Virus genome (UHGV): UHGV-0088025
Strand: one strand, 5' to 3'
Length of the DNA stretch: 33,289 bases
Origin: a virus
Shown here: positions 28,672 to 33,289 of the stretch, in pieces
How positions within the stretch are numbered: the first letter of the stretch is position 1
Layout of the letters: each line of letters starts with the position of its first letter
Translations under genes and position numbers: made by a program
The notes under the pieces: generated by a model
The model's database searches: none
Told to the model about the DNA's origin: nothing
Seen by the model: the letters and a program-made list of their open reading frames with translations, nothing else

Positions 28672-29610
28672 TTAATTACGCAGCAGCGTTGAAATATCAA
28701 CGTCCAGGTCTAATTCACGGAAAGCCTGACGCAGATAATCTTCGTTAACACGCTCACCTTTACCGTGAGCCGTCATGGCGGCAAGGCGAAGTGAATGATT
28801 CAGAATGCGAAGCGCACCTGGTTTCTGCGCAATCTGCTGTAATAACTCCAGTTCATTTTCGCCGTTAATCTGCCAGGCATCCGCAATAGCTTTTACATCG
28901 GCTTTTTTTGTTTTATTAATTGCAGTGCGCTTTGCAATACGGGAAAACAGACGGGCAAATTCAACCGTTCTGTTACCCCCCGTCATATTTGAATAAACCC
29001 GGTGATTTCCCATCAGCACAAGGCCAGTGCGGGTTGATTCCTGTAACAGGCGGAGTTCTTCCAGAACTTCGGCACCAAGATGATCAGCTTCGTCGATGAT
29101 AACCAGCCCCTGTGTACCTTCAAGGCGACGTCGCAGGGCACGGGAAAGTGGCCCTTTACGGCGTGGTGCGTCATTCATTCCCAGCTCAAACGCCAGTTCA
29201 GTAAGACATTCCAGAACACTGGCGCAGGATGGCGTAATGGTGATCATCCAGACATTGTTATTGGTGCGGCGATATTCACGGGCCGCTTCGGTTTTGCCCA
29301 CACCAGGATTGCCACATACAACAGCAATACTTTCAGTCAGGCTGGCAAAACGCATACTTGTCCAGATTTGTTTTACCGTCTGCGTTTCCACAAAGCGGGG
29401 CGGTTCAGGTAGTTCTGCAACTGCATGATATTTTTCCAGCCAGCGTTGCAGCATTTGTGAAACACGCTCGTTATCCCCGTTGTACTTATCATTGATAAAA
29501 CTACTGATAGTTCCGGTAGAAAGTCCGCTCTCAAGAGCAATTTGTTTAAAGGTGGTTTCTTCATTTTCTACAAGCGTGCGCAGTCCTGCGCGAATATCGG
29601 AAATATTCAT
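28672..29610 (-). CDS. B: Transposition target-DNA activator B (MuB, AAA+ ATPase)
   Basis: 312-aa ORF, same size as MuB; Walker A GNPGVGKT and Walker B VIIDEAD; directly downstream of the transposase gene. Confidence 0.95.
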   Translation of the reverse strand: MNISDIRAGLRTLVENEETTFKQIALESGLSTGTISSFINDKYNGDNERVSQMLQRWLEKYHAVAELPEPPRFVETQTVKQIWTSMRFASLTESIAVVCGNPGVGKTEAAREYRRTNNNVWMITITPSCASVLECLTELAFELGMNDAPRRKGPLSRALRRRLEGTQGLVIIDEADHLGAEVLEELRLLQESTRTGLVLMGNHRVYSNMTGGNRTVEFARLFSRIAKRTAINKTKKADVKAIADAWQINGENELELLQQIAQKPGALRILNHSLRLAAMTAHGKGERVNEDYLRQAFRELDLDVDISTLLRN

Positions 29611-29648
29611 CTGAATAACCTCGTAATTAAATTTTGTTTAAACGTTAA

Positions 29649-31637
29649 TTAAATGGCTTTTTTACGTCTGTTCTGTTCCAGAATATCCAGCGAATGATTC
29701 AGATATTCATCACGCTCAGTTTCGTATTCATCATCACGCTCCTGATTCTTCACCCGTTCCGTATTACCGGAAGGCCGGAAAATGCCGACAATTCGTGATT
29801 CTGGTGCTTCAGGTTCGGCTATCTGCGGCAGCAGCTCTGCCACTTCCAGTGCATCCATTTGTTTCTGTGCCTTAATCGCTGCTTTCGTCGCAGATTTCAG
29901 TTGTTTCTGGCGGCGGCGATATTCACGGCCTGCCGCAGCATCATTAAACGCAACAGGTGCCAGACATTCCGCTTCACAGATAAACCGACCGTCCAGGGTG
30001 TAACAATAAACCGTGCTGTGTAGCTGCTGCGGATCAAACCTGACCACAACTTTTTTCACGCCGGCATTCATTAATGCCATGTTGTAATAAACGTTTTTCG
30101 CGCCTTTAAGGGAGCCGCCAACTTTAAGCGTAAACTCGCCTTTGCGTGAAACGTTCACCGCCTCGGCAGGCAGTAACAGCATCCGTTTTTGTTCTTCGGT
30201 TGGCTTACGCACAATCGTTCTGGCGTATTCACGCTCGAAAACATCATCAAACGAGAGTTTGCCCCCGCACATTTCTGTTTCACGGCCTGTTCTGGCATTG
30301 AACATCGCCACACCTTCGGCAAGGTTTTTCAGAAACAGCTCTGCATCAACAGCGCGGTTGCCATAGTTATCAGGTTTTGCCTGCGGATTTGGCCCCGTAT
30401 ATGCGCCAGCCAGTGCCGGATGCTTATCAACGTATTCCTCAAGCCCACCAACACCGAAAGCACGTTCAACAGGTTTTGCCTGGCCCCAGCCTTTACCGGC
30501 AACAACGCTTGTCCAGTGCATTTTCGCACCCATCAGTAAAAACAATCCCTTTGGATCGTCTTCTTTCACCTTAAAGCGGTAGCGATTGGGCGCGCCTCCC
30601 GTCAGCCATTTATTCGCAGCACCACGGGTGTTATCAATGGTGATGTGAAAATCCTCCGGGATACCGTAGCGAGTCACAACATCCATGAACGAGAGGCGAA
30701 TTGAATCAATGTTCTCGCTCACATCGCAGCGCCAGCCCAGAATTTTTCGGGTTTTCACATCCTGCCAGAACCATGTTTTCGGGCGGATCACATCACCGTT
30801 AAACCAGCGTACAAAGACGTTATGCAGATAACCGTCGCCGTTGATCCACTGCATGGCGTCCAGGTGTTCCACAGTTCGCTGCTGTGCCGGTATCAGATGC
30901 ATCAGTGCATGTTCACCTTCACGACAGGCAACAACCATTGCCTCGTCCAGTTGCTGAATCCGGCGAAAGGCCGTGGCACGGGAGGGAATACTCCAGCCAT
31001 GCTCGCGGGCTGCCAGTTCCAGACGCTCATAACATTTGCGGAAGGCGGGTTTTTCCGGTCGCAGATAATCTGCAATCAGAAACTGCCAGGCATCCTCGTC
31101 AAATTCACTTTTGTGAACATTGCGACGGGATGCACCACGTCCATCAACAAGTGCAGCCGCCCAGTCAGGCTTCGCAAACTTCTGTACCTGGTAATACTTG
31201 TCCCGCAAAGTGGATGCGCTGACCTGGTAATGCCCTGCAACGGTCGCAAAAGCCGTTTTCGTTGAAATCCCCTGGTTCAGCATTTCGTCTGCAGCCTGAA
31301 CCGCAGGCAACCATTTTTCAGCAAGTCTGCGCTGGGAATCGCTGGCTTTATCCCATTTGCTCCACAGCACCTCACGATCATAATCATGGGCTTCCAGCGT
31401 GGGGCGGGCGATTTCAAAACGGCCCAGGCTTGTTTCAATTCTCCCTTGTTGCAACAGAATTTCAGCACGTAATGCGACAGGGAATGATTTGATATTGAAT
31501 TCAAATGATACACCTTTAGTCCCTGCAACCTGTCTGAACTCCCAGCCTTCTCTTTGTGCCTTACGTGTAATGTTAGTGGCTTGCTTTGGTAAACCTGCCA
31601 AACCGAGCAACTCTTTTGCTGTATACCATTCTTTCAT
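29649..31637 (-). CDS. A: DDE transposase A (MuA)
   Basis: 662-aa ORF; residues ~60-662 match Mu transposase as recalled; the N-terminal ~60 aa differ from prototype Mu and resemble the repressor N-terminus in this window. Confidence 0.97.
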
Positions 31638-31644
31638 AGCGCAC

Positions 31645-31866
31645 CTAGTATCGAGACGGCCAAATATCTTGCGGTGTCATTCCCAGTGCATCTGCAATGA
31701 TTTTCTCCGCTTTCGGATATCTCTTATCCAAAGCATTTTTTAATGTTGAAGACGAAAGATGATTAGATCTTCCCAATTCAGCTAGTGACATATTGCGTTT
31801 TCGTAGCTCTGCAACGATGTCAGCTCTGTGCCAATCTTGGCGGTTAGTTCTTTTATTCATATGCAT
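31645..31866 (-). CDS. ner: Ner, negative regulator of early transcription (D108-type)
   Basis: 73-aa ORF with ...[21 protein letters not shown]...IWPSRY; between operator and A as in Mu/D108. Confidence 0.88.
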
Positions 31867-32051
31867 TTCATGTAATCCTTTCAGATTCCCCCGCGAGCTA
31901 CGCTATAAAGTAGCTCACGGCATATCGTGCAATGTAGTGTGGAATCACTTTCAAATCAATAGTGATTTGAAAGGATTTGCCATGATTTCATATAACAGCA
32001 TGATTTTTATATGAATTTATTTTGTCTCTATTGAAATCACTAGGATTTTAA
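31867..32051. promoter_or_regulatory. Divergent operator/promoter region (Pe for ner-A-B on -, Pc for repressor on +); also expected transposition enhancer
   Basis: 185-bp gap between divergent ner and c starts. Dyad CACTTTCAAATCA-ATAG-TGATTTGAAAG (31946-31973), further GAAATCACT and CATGATTT repeats (31981-32045). Confidence 0.8.
31891..31920. promoter_or_regulatory. Putative Ner operator: two inverted 11-bp repeats separated by 8 bp
   Basis: CCGCGAGCTAC-GCTATAAA-GTAGCTCACGG; right arm is the reverse complement of CCGTGAGCTAC, which I recall as the D108 Ner site; ~25-55 bp upstream of ner start. Confidence 0.6.
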
Positions 32052-32576
32052 ATGATGTCTTTTGAAATCAAAGAATGGTTTAATGCGAAAGAGCTGGAAG
32101 GGATGCCTGGTGTACCAAAGTTGGCGACTAACATTACCAGGAAAGCTGTGGCGGAAGATTGGGTAAAACGTCAGCGTCACGGTGGGAAAGGTGTCGCTTA
32201 TGAGTATCACATCAACAGTCTGCCAGAAGAAACACGCAGGGCCATTAAAGGAGCCTCACTTTCTGATAAACCAGTGCATACATCAATCGCCCATACAGTT
32301 GATGAGAGGCTAATTTATGCAATGAGCTTCTTAACACCAGATGAGCAGGCCGCAGCTGTGGAGATCATTCGTGTGGCAGGGATTAAAGGACTTATGCCTA
32401 CAATTGTCAGTAAAGATAAGGCATTAGAGGCATTAGGGATTACTGTGGAGCAACAGAAAACCCTGCAAACTCTTCAGGCATTACCACCGGAAAAAGTGAG
32501 AGAGATTTTGTCTCAGTATGAAGGCAAAGAACATAATTTCCCTGTAAGAGAAAACGATGTAAAGAAAGCTGTATAA
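32052..32576 (+). CDS. c: Lysogeny repressor c (D108-type)
   Basis: 174-aa ORF transcribed toward the left end; N-terminus shares [24 protein letters not shown] with the transposase N-terminus in this window. Confidence 0.88.
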   Translation: MMSFEIKEWFNAKELEGMPGVPKLATNITRKAVAEDWVKRQRHGGKGVAYEYHINSLPEETRRAIKGASLSDKPVHTSIAHTVDERLIYAMSFLTPDEQAAAVEIIRVAGIKGLMPTIVSKDKALEALGITVEQQKTLQTLQALPPEKVREILSQYEGKEHNFPVRENDVKKAV

Positions 32577-32743
32577 CAACCAGGTAATAGCTAAGACATA
32601 AACTTCACTCCAGGCAATTACATATGTAAGATACCCAAACAGTGATGATTGTTTTTGACACACATCACTTGCTGAAAGCCTGGTTGTTACCGTTTTTGAA
32701 GCATTTTTGAAGCTGTACTTGAAATGATGCGTGAAGTAATTGC

Positions 32744-33289
<546 letters not shown>

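Noticed and set aside
32481-32663. 60-aa - strand ORF overlapping the 3' end of repressor c
   Set aside because: Antisense to the repressor; hydrophobic low-complexity product; no supporting signals.

Overview
Positions 1-32915 are a Mu/D108-family transposable prophage, lying in reverse orientation so that the phage's rightward genes are on the - strand; 32916-33289 is the 3' part of host nadC, so the prophage is inserted in nadC. From window start to end: the tail-fibre gene S (N-terminal constant part plus variable part inside the invertible G segment, gix site at 797-822; 3' end off-window), baseplate and tail genes (R, W, V, Q, P, N, tape measure, gp41, tube M, sheath L), four small virion genes, head genes (T, I, G, F, portal, large terminase), the lysis cassette (endolysin, overlapped i-/o-spanin, gp24-gp26), late activator C, Mor, GemA, a semi-essential early region of small genes including Gam, then B, transposase A, Ner, the operator region, repressor c (+ strand) and attL. 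The immunity region looks D108-type rather than prototype Mu. I found no rRNA, tRNA or CRISPR array. I do not see a convincing undescribed multi-gene system: this is a well-known phage type. The points most worth follow-up are an opposite-strand ORF in the early region (24617-25033), a perfect 33-bp in-frame tandem duplication in the gp38-like gene, and the cluster of small Cys-rich early proteins. All homology statements are from memory of Mu/D108 proteins, not from a search. The ORF track treats GTG/TTG as starts, so several starts were moved to internal ATG/GTG codons with a Shine-Dalgarno sequence.
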